A stretch of DNA of 64,000 bases from a virus. Positions 55,962 through 64,000 of the stretch are shown piece by piece; positions within the stretch are counted from its first letter, which is position 1, and every line of letters starts with the position of its first letter. Made by a program: the position numbers and the translations under genes. The stretch lies in the IMG/VR virus record IMGVR_UViG_3300030331_006276; one strand, written 5' to 3'. A model generated the notes under the pieces. That model did not search any database, was not told the origin of the DNA, and was given only the letters and a program-made list of their open reading frames with translations.

Positions 55962-57013
55962 TATATTTCTAAAGTATTAGCTTCATATATTTTACTATGA
56001 GTATTTGTACATCTTATAAACGTTGCGCATTTGCTAAGATGTCTAAGTTGATTAGCTCCAACGTAAGTACATGTACTTCTTAAACCTCCTAGAATATCTT
56101 GTACTACGTTCTTAATTTCTCCTCTATAGGGTAGTAGAACTCTTCTACCTTCTGAAGTCCTATAATCTTTAAGACCGCCATTATGTTTTTCATTAGCGAC
56201 TTTACTACTCATTCCATAGAACTCTACATATTCTTTACCGTCAATTTTAACTATTTTACCACCTCCTTCTTTACAGCCGGCTAACATTGAACCGAGCATA
56301 ACAAAATCAGCTCCAGCACCAAAAGCTTTTGCTACATCACCAGGAGAAGTACAACCCCCATCAGCTACTATATGACCGTTAAGACCATGAGCAGCATCAG
56401 CGCATTCAGCAATACTACTAAATTGAGGATAACCTACTCCAGTTTTAATTCGCGTTGTACATACACTTCCAGATCCAATACCAACTTTAATAATATCAGC
56501 ACCGGCTAGTAAAAGCTCTTCAACCATCTCTCCAGTAACCACATTACCTGCTATAATATTGGCATAAGGTATTTCATCTCTTACTTCTTTAATAAAATCA
56601 ACAAAACTCTGACTATAACCATTTGCTACATCAACGCATATATATTTTAATTTATAACAAGGTGAAAGCTCTTTAACTATTCTCTTGAGCTTTTGTAGGT
56701 CATCCTTATTTCTACCTACAGTAACTGCAAGATTATTACCTTCGGTAGCTTTTAATTCCTTAATGAGAAATTTTTCACTTAAAGATTTTCTTAAGCAAGT
56801 AAATAATCCTAAATCTCCTATCTCTTTTGAAACATCTAAAGTTCCTACCCCATCCATATTAGCAGCCATAATAGGAATGCCAAAATACGTTCCGCCATGT
56901 TTAAACTTATATGATCTATGCAAATCAACTTCTTTTCTTGATTTTAAAGTCGATCGCTTAGGACGGATAAGTACGTCATCAAAATCGTACTTAAGTTCAG
57001 TTTCTATTCTCAT
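55961..57013 (-). CDS. guaC: GMP reductase
   Basis: DDVLIRPKRSTLKSR, DVANGYS, GSGSVCTTR, FYGMSS, SEGR, GGLRSTCTY. Confidence 0.95.
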   Translation of the reverse strand: MRIETELKYDFDDVLIRPKRSTLKSRKEVDLHRSYKFKHGGTYFGIPIMAANMDGVGTLDVSKEIGDLGLFTCLRKSLSEKFLIKELKATEGNNLAVTVGRNKDDLQKLKRIVKELSPCYKLKYICVDVANGYSQSFVDFIKEVRDEIPYANIIAGNVVTGEMVEELLLAGADIIKVGIGSGSVCTTRIKTGVGYPQFSSIAECADAAHGLNGHIVADGGCTSPGDVAKAFGAGADFVMLGSMLAGCKEGGGKIVKIDGKEYVEFYGMSSKVANEKHNGGLKDYRTSEGRRVLLPYRGEIKNVVQDILGGLRSTCTYVGANQLRHLSKCATFIRCTNTHSKIYEANTLEI

Positions 57014-57045
57014 GCCTATCTAATTATAGTGCATATTAAATATTT

Positions 57046-57249
57046 TCAACCTATTATTTGATCTCTTATATCTTCAAGTTTAATATCACCTTCTTCAATA
57101 ATTTCAGCTATTTGATCTAAAAATCGATTTCCTAAGTCTGAAAGTTCAAAATCATCTGAACTTTCTAAAAGGTCTTTCATCTTGTAAAGCTGTTCCCATA
57201 AGTCTGCTGTTTGCTTATCAAACTTTTTGAGTAAAGAATTTCGTTTCAT
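57046..57249 (-). CDS. Hypothetical protein
   Basis: Late promoter upstream. Confidence 0.6.
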   Translation of the reverse strand: MKRNSLLKKFDKQTADLWEQLYKMKDLLESSDDFELSDLGNRFLDQIAEIIEEGDIKLEDIRDQIIG

Positions 57250-57277
57250 ATCGCTATTTATTTAATAAATATAATCA

Positions 57278-57904
57278 ATGAAGTTCTTAAATCAAGTAGA
57301 TTTGCTTTTAGAAGAAGTAAGTACATATAAACCTATAGTCTTGCCTTATTCTTTAAATGCTTTAGAACCCATAGTTAATAGACAAACTACCGATTTTCAT
57401 TATAATGATCATTATAAGGGGTATGTTAAAAAGCTTAATACTGCTATGAGTAGTAAGAGAAAGCCAGCCTTAGTTGAATTAGTTAAAGAGATATCAAAAT
57501 ATAATGATCATATAAAAGATAATGCCGGTGGAGCTTATAACCATCAGCTGTTTTTTAATATGATGAAGCCTGGGGGTAGTGACTTTAATGGTGAAATAAA
57601 AGATAGAATACTAAAACGATTTGGTACTTTTTCAAAGTTTAAAAAAGAATTTATTGATAATGCAGCTGGGCAGTTTGGTTCTGGCTGGGGATGGTTGGTA
57701 GAGAAAAATGATAAATTAGATTTAGTAAGAACACCTAATCAAGATAATCCTTTAATGTTTAATTTAGGTAAGCCTATTCTCGGTGTTGATGTATGGGAGC
57801 ATAGTTATTATCTAATGTATGGTCCTAAAAGAAAAGAATGGTTAAGCAATTTTTTCGATATTGTTAACTGGGACTTCTGCTCCGCTCTGTTGCATACTAG
57901 CTAA
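57278..57904 (+). CDS. sod: Mn/Fe superoxide dismutase with N-terminal extension
   Basis: LPYSLNALEP, HYNDH, NHQLF, FGSGWGWL, DVWEHSYY. Confidence 0.95.
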   Translation: MKFLNQVDLLLEEVSTYKPIVLPYSLNALEPIVNRQTTDFHYNDHYKGYVKKLNTAMSSKRKPALVELVKEISKYNDHIKDNAGGAYNHQLFFNMMKPGGSDFNGEIKDRILKRFGTFSKFKKEFIDNAAGQFGSGWGWLVEKNDKLDLVRTPNQDNPLMFNLGKPILGVDVWEHSYYLMYGPKRKEWLSNFFDIVNWDFCSALLHTS

Positions 57905-58567
57905 GATAGCTTCTACTTCTGCTTTCATATAGTTTACATGATAAGACAAAAATCTATCATCTTTCAAATAATAGATAACACATTTTCTACATCTCTTACT
58001 AGTCATTCTCTCGTAGAGATAAGCATACATAGATAGCTGCAATCCATATAAATTAAACTCGCAGTTATGTAAATGACTTACTGGATCCTTTAATCTTTCG
58101 CTAAATGGAGAACTAAATCTGAATCGTTTATTAGTTTTAAAGTCACCTATAGTAAACTCATTTTTATGTTCATAGATAAGATCAGCTGTACCAGCCACCT
58201 TATATTCCTCATCATATAAAAGATTCTCACATAATACATTTTTAAATGAATCTATAGATCGCTCAGCAGCTTTATCATATGATTTACATAACCACCCATA
58301 GTTATCTTTAACATCACCAAAGCTAATATAATCTTCTAAGATCTTATGAATATCTGTACCGCGGTTGCAAGCTCGTACCTTTTCCTTTTCCCACATTTCT
58401 AAAACAAGCTCCTGCGATACTCCTTCTCTATCAGCTACTCTTTTAGAATGACCTTCTCTATCAAAAGGTTGTTTGTATTTGCCAAGTAGAGTAGTTACTG
58501 AAATAAACTTTTCTTTTGTATCTTTATGCGTATAAGTATGAGACGCTTCATCAAACTTTATCTTCAC
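57842..58567 (-). CDS. PD-(D/E)xK (Cas4-like) exonuclease
   Basis: SVTT, RGTDIH, AGTADL, GDFKT, QLSMY. Confidence 0.85.
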   Translation of the reverse strand: MKIKFDEASHTYTHKDTKEKFISVTTLLGKYKQPFDREGHSKRVADREGVSQELVLEMWEKEKVRACNRGTDIHKILEDYISFGDVKDNYGWLCKSYDKAAERSIDSFKNVLCENLLYDEEYKVAGTADLIYEHKNEFTIGDFKTNKRFRFSSPFSERLKDPVSHLHNCEFNLYGLQLSMYAYLYERMTSKRCRKCVIYYLKDDRFLSYHVNYMKAEVEAILASMQQSGAEVPVNNIEKIA

Positions 58568-58655
58568 TATCTAATATTATATACGGAATAATTATAAATC
58601 AATAATAAATTTACAACTCTCTAGAACTACGCAGATTTTAATATAAATATATAAA

Positions 58656-58973
58656 ATGGAACCTGAAAAATCCCTGCTAAAAGAGTTCCTCCAAGGAGGC
58701 TGGGTCGTACCTTTGATCGGTGCTGGCGCGATGCTTGCTCGTCTACTATCTGGAGAAAATAATTATACTTGGGGACAACAACTTAAAAAGATATTTACTG
58801 CTGGTCTTTCAGCAGGTATAGCATGGTTTATACTAGAGCAAACAGAAATCTCGTCTCTTTATAAAGCTGTTACCTACGGTATTATTGGTGTTATCTCCCC
58901 AGAAGTAATAGCAGGTATTGTTAAACTTGGTAAAAAATTCGCTGATAGTCCCGAAAAAATTCTTAAAAAATGA
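58656..58973 (+). CDS. Membrane protein (holin-like)
   Basis: 3-4 TM segments. Confidence 0.55.
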   Translation: MEPEKSLLKEFLQGGWVVPLIGAGAMLARLLSGENNYTWGQQLKKIFTAGLSAGIAWFILEQTEISSLYKAVTYGIIGVISPEVIAGIVKLGKKFADSPEKILKK

Positions 58974-59209
58974 AACCAAGGTATCTAGTATATATTCTAT
59001 CTGCTATAATCTTAACTTTTGTTATAAGAGGCTATACTTGCGCGGAAGAATTAAAGCTTTCGTTAGAGGCTATTCAAGTCAGTGGAAATAAAGCTACAGA
59101 CTTCAATAGCCTTTGCACAACGGTTGATGGATTTAAGAAACATTTACTATTCTCTGGAATTTTTGCAATAGTTATTGCTATTTGTTGCAGGCTAAAAGCG
59201 CCGAAGTAA
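58970..59209 (+). CDS. Membrane protein
   Basis: 2 TM segments. Confidence 0.55.
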   Translation: MKPRYLVYILSAIILTFVIRGYTCAEELKLSLEAIQVSGNKATDFNSLCTTVDGFKKHLLFSGIFAIVIAICCRLKAPK

Positions 59210-59221
59210 ATAAATATACAT

Positions 59222-61627
59222 ATGGGTAAAAAGATTACTGAGCTCAATGAAGGCGTTATACCATATACCGGAACCGAAGAGGTAGCATTAGTCGACGACG
59301 CACAAACTCGACGCGCTTCTCTGAGCTCAATTACAAATTATCTTTCAGGTGCAACTTACCAAACAGCAGCAGGTCAGCCAATCGATAGACCTATAGCCTC
59401 TCCACTGGGTAATAATTTCTTTCAAAAAACTCAATCAACAGTAGGAGACTTAAGTGCTACAGGAAGATTGTTTATTGGTGAGAGTATTGTAAGTAGTGGT
59501 ACTCTAGCCTCTGTTGTTGGTGGAACTGGTAACAGCGCAACAGGTGGTTGTTCTGTTGTCGGCGGTCAACAGAACTCAGCTACTCAAGCTAATACTAATA
59601 TTGGAGGAGGTCGATCAAACTTTGCATGTGGTGCATGCTCGACTGTAGGTGGTGGATTTAGTAACAAGGCCGGGTCTGGTGGCTGTGCAACTGTCGGTGG
59701 TGGTCAAGCTAATGATGCGTCTGGCGCCAGTGCGAGTATTTTAGGCGGTAGGCTAAATTGCGCTAGTGGTGTTTGTTCTACAGTAGGAGGAGGGTTTAAG
59801 AATAGTTCTAGTGGCTCTCAAGATGTTGTAGCGGGTGGTTTTTATAATATAGCTAATGGCAACCAAGCTTTTGTAGGTGGGGGTAAGAATAATCAAGCAA
59901 ACGCGGACTTTTCTACAGCTGTAGGTGGTCTTAGTTCATGCGCAAGATCAGATTATGCTTTTGTTGGTGGTGGTTTTGATAACTGCGCTAGTCAACAATA
60001 TGCAGCTGTTGTCAGTGGAGGTGCAAATACTGCATCAGGTTTAAGTTCATTTATTGGTGGTGGTGAATGCAATACAGCTTCAGGTAACTGTGGTTCAGTT
60101 GTTGTTGGAGGTATGAAGAGTAGTGCGACTGGCTTAAGTTCATTCATTGGAGGGGGTCAGTGTAATACAGCTGGCTCTGAAGGTAGTGCTGTAGTTGGAG
60201 GACATACTAATTCGGTAGGATCTACACTCGGTTTTATCGGCGGTGGTGTTGGTAATAATGTTAATGGAGCTAAGAGCGTTATTACTGGTGGGCAATCAAA
60301 TTCCATTTGTGGGCGCCATTCTACTATTGGTGGAGGTTGTAGTAATATTGCTTCTGATTGCGGATGCTTTTCTACTGTTGCAGGAGGAAGTAATAATAGA
60401 GCTGCGAATATTGGATTCGTTGGAGGAGGGGAATGCAATATTGGGGCTAGTACTTGTTGTTATGATACAGTTGTTGGTGGTTTAAGAAACTGTGCATGCG
60501 GTGGTAAATCTTTTGTAGGTGGTGGTGAGGGTAATAGCTCCTCTGGAACGTGTAGCATTATTGTAGGAGGTGGCTTTAATACTGTGACAAGCACTAATGG
60601 CAGTATAGGGGGTGGTGACGGCAATAAAGTTACAGGTGATGCTGGAACTGTTGCAGGTGGTAAACATAATCACATTACAGCGTCGTGTGTATTTATCGGT
60701 GGTGGTTTTGCTCTTTCAGCAGCAGATCTTTTTTCAACAATTGTTGGTGGTAATAAAAATAATGTACCTGCAACAGGAGGTGGTGCTCGAGCAAGCTTTA
60801 TAGGCGGAGGGGAAGAAAATGTTGTTACATGTGGTAGGCAAGCAGTGATTGTAGGTGGTAGTAAAAATACTACTACTGGTGACGCTAAAAATGGAGTGGT
60901 AGTTGGTGGTTTTTCGAATGTAGTTGGAACAAGTGCTTTTGCAGGCGGCGGTACTAATAACTCTGCATGTGGATCAACTAGTGTAGTTGTTGGTGGTAGG
61001 AATAATAGAGCTCATGGATGTTTTTCAAACATTGTAGGAGGTTGCAATAACGTAGCGCGTAATTGTTACTCTACAGTTGTAGGTGGTCAGTCTTTATCTG
61101 CAGCAGGAAATTGTGCATTTATAGGTGGAGGTACTGCTAACTGTACTACGACAGATCAAGCTGCACTCGTTGGTGGTTTTTGTAATGCTATTTTAAAAGG
61201 AGGCTGTCTGAGTATAATAGGTGGTGGTAGTAATCACACCACATGTGCAAAAAATAGCGTTGTTATTGGTGGAGATGCAAATCAGTTAAACTCCTGTGGA
61301 TGCTTTTCATCTATAGCTGGTGGTCAGCGAAGTTGCATATGTACTAATTTTAGTTTTATTGGCGGTGGGCTTTGTAATACTATTGGTGGCGTTGGTACCG
61401 CATCATCTCCACGACCAGGTGGTGGATCCGGAGCGAGCCGAGCATGTTTTTGTCATTCTTCAATATTAGGTTCTGATATTGTTGCAGTTTCTGGTCATAT
61501 GCTTCATACTAATAGACTCTTTCTTAGTGCTGATTGCTCTGGTTGTGGTATACCAACAAGTGATCCAAAAGTTGCGGGTGTTGTCTGGCGTTCCGGAACT
61601 GACTTAAAGATCTCTGTTGGACCATAA
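59222..61627 (+). CDS. Gly/Cys-rich beta-solenoid tail fibre/adhesin
   Basis: Dozens of ~14-15-aa (V/I)GGGxxNxA repeats; KKITEL N-terminal attachment motif. Confidence 0.8.
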   Translation: MGKKITELNEGVIPYTGTEEVALVDDAQTRRASLSSITNYLSGATYQTAAGQPIDRPIASPLGNNFFQKTQSTVGDLSATGRLFIGESIVSSGTLASVVGGTGNSATGGCSVVGGQQNSATQANTNIGGGRSNFACGACSTVGGGFSNKAGSGGCATVGGGQANDASGASASILGGRLNCASGVCSTVGGGFKNSSSGSQDVVAGGFYNIANGNQAFVGGGKNNQANADFSTAVGGLSSCARSDYAFVGGGFDNCASQQYAAVVSGGANTASGLSSFIGGGECNTASGNCGSVVVGGMKSSATGLSSFIGGGQCNTAGSEGSAVVGGHTNSVGSTLGFIGGGVGNNVNGAKSVITGGQSNSICGRHSTIGGGCSNIASDCGCFSTVAGGSNNRAANIGFVGGGECNIGASTCCYDTVVGGLRNCACGGKSFVGGGEGNSSSGTCSIIVGGGFNTVTSTNGSIGGGDGNKVTGDAGTVAGGKHNHITASCVFIGGGFALSAADLFSTIVGGNKNNVPATGGGARASFIGGGEENVVTCGRQAVIVGGSKNTTTGDAKNGVVVGGFSNVVGTSAFAGGGTNNSACGSTSVVVGGRNNRAHGCFSNIVGGCNNVARNCYSTVVGGQSLSAAGNCAFIGGGTANCTTTDQAALVGGFCNAILKGGCLSIIGGGSNHTTCAKNSVVIGGDANQLNSCGCFSSIAGGQRSCICTNFSFIGGGLCNTIGGVGTASSPRPGGGSGASRACFCHSSILGSDIVAVSGHMLHTNRLFLSADCSGCGIPTSDPKVAGVVWRSGTDLKISVGP

Positions 61628-61667
61628 TAAGTATTGATCTTTTTTTACAAGGTCATATATATAACGT

Positions 61668-62564
61668 ATGGCTACTACTGTATTTCACATTGAAGGAGGC
61701 ATTGGAAAAAATGTTGCCGCAACTGCTGTAACGCATGCGTATAAAAAAGCAAATCCAAAGCGTAAGATTATTGTTGTTTCGGCTTGGCCTGAAGTATGGG
61801 TTAAAAATAAAGATATTGCTAGATTTTATAGAATAGGAAATACACCATATTTTTATCAAGATGTTATCAAAGGTAAAGATGTAAAAGTATTCGCTCAAGA
61901 CCCATATAAGCAGACAAACCATATTACAAAAAAGACACACTTAATTGACACATGGTGTGATATGGTTGGTATAAAATATAATAGTGAAGAACTTGTCCTT
62001 AATTTTAATTTTAGAGAAATAGAAGAAGCACGAGCATATATGAGTCAGTTTGCTGTTGATCAAAAACCTTTACTAGTATTCCAACCATTTGGAGGACCTG
62101 GCCCTGATCATCAACAGCATCCTTACTCTTGGACAAGAGATATGCACCCTGCTCAAGCACAAGAAGTGGTTGATGGGTTAGCAGAAAAATATAACATTGT
62201 TCATATATGTTATGAATTTCACCCTAAGTTAAATAACTGTCATAGATTTGACAAAACGATTGGTAAAAAGCCATTATTTGCAATGATTGCTCATGCTGAA
62301 AAACGAATCTTTGTTGATTCTTCTTTACAACATGCAGCTGCAGCTCTTAAACTACCTTCCGTGGTGTGCTGGGTTAATACACAACCAAAAGTTTTTGGGT
62401 ATGATATTCATACAAATATCCTTACAAAGGTTGCTAAAGATAACGGTACGGTTGATTCTTATTTTTACGATTATGATTTCGGAGGAACAATACATCAATG
62501 CCCGTATGATAGTTTAGATGAACTACATGATGTTCAAACTATTATTAAAGCAGTTGAAGCTTAA
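61668..62564 (+). CDS. GT9-like glycosyltransferase
   Basis: EGGIG, IFVDSSLQHAAAALKLPSVV (GT-B fold). Confidence 0.7.
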   Translation: MATTVFHIEGGIGKNVAATAVTHAYKKANPKRKIIVVSAWPEVWVKNKDIARFYRIGNTPYFYQDVIKGKDVKVFAQDPYKQTNHITKKTHLIDTWCDMVGIKYNSEELVLNFNFREIEEARAYMSQFAVDQKPLLVFQPFGGPGPDHQQHPYSWTRDMHPAQAQEVVDGLAEKYNIVHICYEFHPKLNNCHRFDKTIGKKPLFAMIAHAEKRIFVDSSLQHAAAALKLPSVVCWVNTQPKVFGYDIHTNILTKVAKDNGTVDSYFYDYDFGGTIHQCPYDSLDELHDVQTIIKAVEA

Positions 62565-63382
62565 TAATACGACCCGTAAATATCAGTATCGTTAACATCC
62601 ATATCAGTAACTTGAGTTTTTGATACTTCATTTATATCATAAGGATCATGCACATTAGGATACGTCTTATCTTCTGATGCTGATTGACTAAAGAAGGTTG
62701 TAGATAGTATACCACTCTTTGTACTATCATAAATTTGTTCATTAACAGGCTCACTAGATAAGCCTGACTCAAATGAGTAGTTAAACCTCTTACCACGAAG
62801 TCTATAAACGTAGTGACCAAGTATAGGGTTTAAAGTAGATAAGTCTTGATCCATTCTTTCTGTTACTTGAAACATAACAGAACCTCTTTGATTAGGTCGA
62901 TCGCAACCTAACACTTTAAGATCAATTACATCACCTGCTTTTGGTTCTATTGCTTGTGCTACAGCTGAATAATCAAAATAGGCTGAAGCTGTAGATTGAA
63001 AACTACTTATATGTACAAAGGCAGTAAATTCATCATCTGGATCAAAACCAAATCTAGAAAGATTTACTGCATCATCAGATAATTCAACATACATTTGCAT
63101 ACCTGATAGAGGTCCTTGATATTGCCTTCTGTTGGTTTCATTACCAAAATCTTCTCCATAAAGTAAATCAGCTGCAGATAGATTAAAAGTATTAATATAA
63201 TAATCAACTGGTATACCAAAATTATTAATTAAGTCATTATATGCTTGATCAAAAATTAACTGCTCTGCTTGTAAATTAAATGGATTAACAAGCTGACCAC
63301 ATGAAGGTATTGCAGTCGCTGCTAAAACTTCCTCTGGGAGGCAGTTTAATCTATTTTGATTACATGGAGGGGTTGATGGCAT
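62561..63382 (-). CDS. T4 gp14-like neck protein
   Basis: LINNFGIPVDY, LYGED, LSRFG...F, EPKAGDVI, VYRLR...FNYS. Confidence 0.8.
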   Translation of the reverse strand: MPSTPPCNQNRLNCLPEEVLAATAIPSCGQLVNPFNLQAEQLIFDQAYNDLINNFGIPVDYYINTFNLSAADLLYGEDFGNETNRRQYQGPLSGMQMYVELSDDAVNLSRFGFDPDDEFTAFVHISSFQSTASAYFDYSAVAQAIEPKAGDVIDLKVLGCDRPNQRGSVMFQVTERMDQDLSTLNPILGHYVYRLRGKRFNYSFESGLSSEPVNEQIYDSTKSGILSTTFFSQSASEDKTYPNVHDPYDINEVSKTQVTDMDVNDTDIYGSYY

Positions 63383-63383
63383 T

Positions 63384-64000
63384 TTACTTTTTTCTTAACA
63401 TTCCACAAGGTGAACCTTCGTTATCTTCAAACATTTGTACTTCTACACCTGAGTTTCCTAAGCTATTAGTTACACCAGGTTTGTAATCTACTTCATATGC
63501 TGCTAGAGTATCTAATAAAGGTCTACCCATAAGTTGTATTTGGTGAGCTGACCCATTAACAATATTATCTACATGTGGACATTTATGTTTATACTTTTTT
63601 GGTAAAGTGTTTAAGTTCTTTTTTGTTATTCCTACCCTGTTAATATTTTTACCACTACGCATATGAGGATTCATAATTGAGTTACCTTGAAAATATTCAA
63701 AAAATGTCATAAATTTTTCTGAATAAATTTTATCATAAGATGTAGAAATTATATCTATTAGATCACCAATAGCTTCGGTATTACGAAGCACTTTAAAAGC
63801 TAAATTTTCAACACTGAATTCCCCTTCACGCGCTAGCCCACGCTTGCGCATTTTAGATATTTTTTCTTTTAACTTTTTTGCCCTCTCATGTAGCTTTCTA
63901 GCTTCTTCACTATCTGCTTTTGATATTTTATCTTTTAAAATATCTATATCTGTCTCAATAGCTTTAGCTTTTTTAAATACATCTTTTGTATCTATTGAAG
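63384..64000 (-). CDS. Nucleotidyltransferase-like protein, C-terminal part (starts outside the window)
   Basis: Frame open to 64000; MRKRGL...GEFSVENLAFKVLRN. Confidence 0.65.
   Translation of the reverse strand, partial: SIDTKDVFKKAKAIETDIDILKDKISKADSEEARKLHERAKKLKEKISKMRKRGLAREGEFSVENLAFKVLRNTEAIGDLIDIISTSYDKIYSEKFMTFFEYFQGNSIMNPHMRSGKNINRVGITKKNLNTLPKKYKHKCPHVDNIVNGSAHQIQLMGRPLLDTLAAYEVDYKPGVTNSLGNSGVEVQMFEDNEGSPCGMLRKK

Noticed and set aside
1-64000. Diversity-generating retroelement, integrase, IS, intein or group I intron
   Set aside because: No reverse transcriptase, recombinase, transposase or homing endonuclease motifs were seen; nrdA and nrdB are uninterrupted.

Overview
A 64-kb segment of a large, AT-rich, T4-like myophage. 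Phage evidence: gp5- and gp14-like structural genes, a >1,989-aa tail fibre, NrdAB, a lysis cassette, (T)ATAAATA late promoters, tRNAs and a tmRNA. No integrase or IS element was seen. Host-like genes (DUF1549/DUF1553, two DUF1501, a prepilin-like peptide, an EF-hand protein, ferredoxin, SdhB, RpoD) suggest a Verrucomicrobia/PVC host, which is an inference. Main observations: (1) a late gene with an in-frame UGA at a probable Cys-equivalent position, followed by an fdhF-like SECIS hairpin, i.e. a candidate phage selenoprotein that the ORF track misses; (2) a 7-deazaguanine DNA-modification set (DpdA-like TGT, QueF, PurN-like formyltransferase, kinase, GT2) split by a curli secretion + FecR + CHASE2-adenylate cyclase cassette; (3) about 20 copies of an AGGAACT-N4-TATAAT promoter, mostly driving leaderless genes; (4) two promoter-driven structured RNAs, one a tRNA whose anticodon loop is replaced by a 53-nt double hairpin; (5) a tmRNA with a 32-residue tag. 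All product calls come from motif recognition; no database searches were run.
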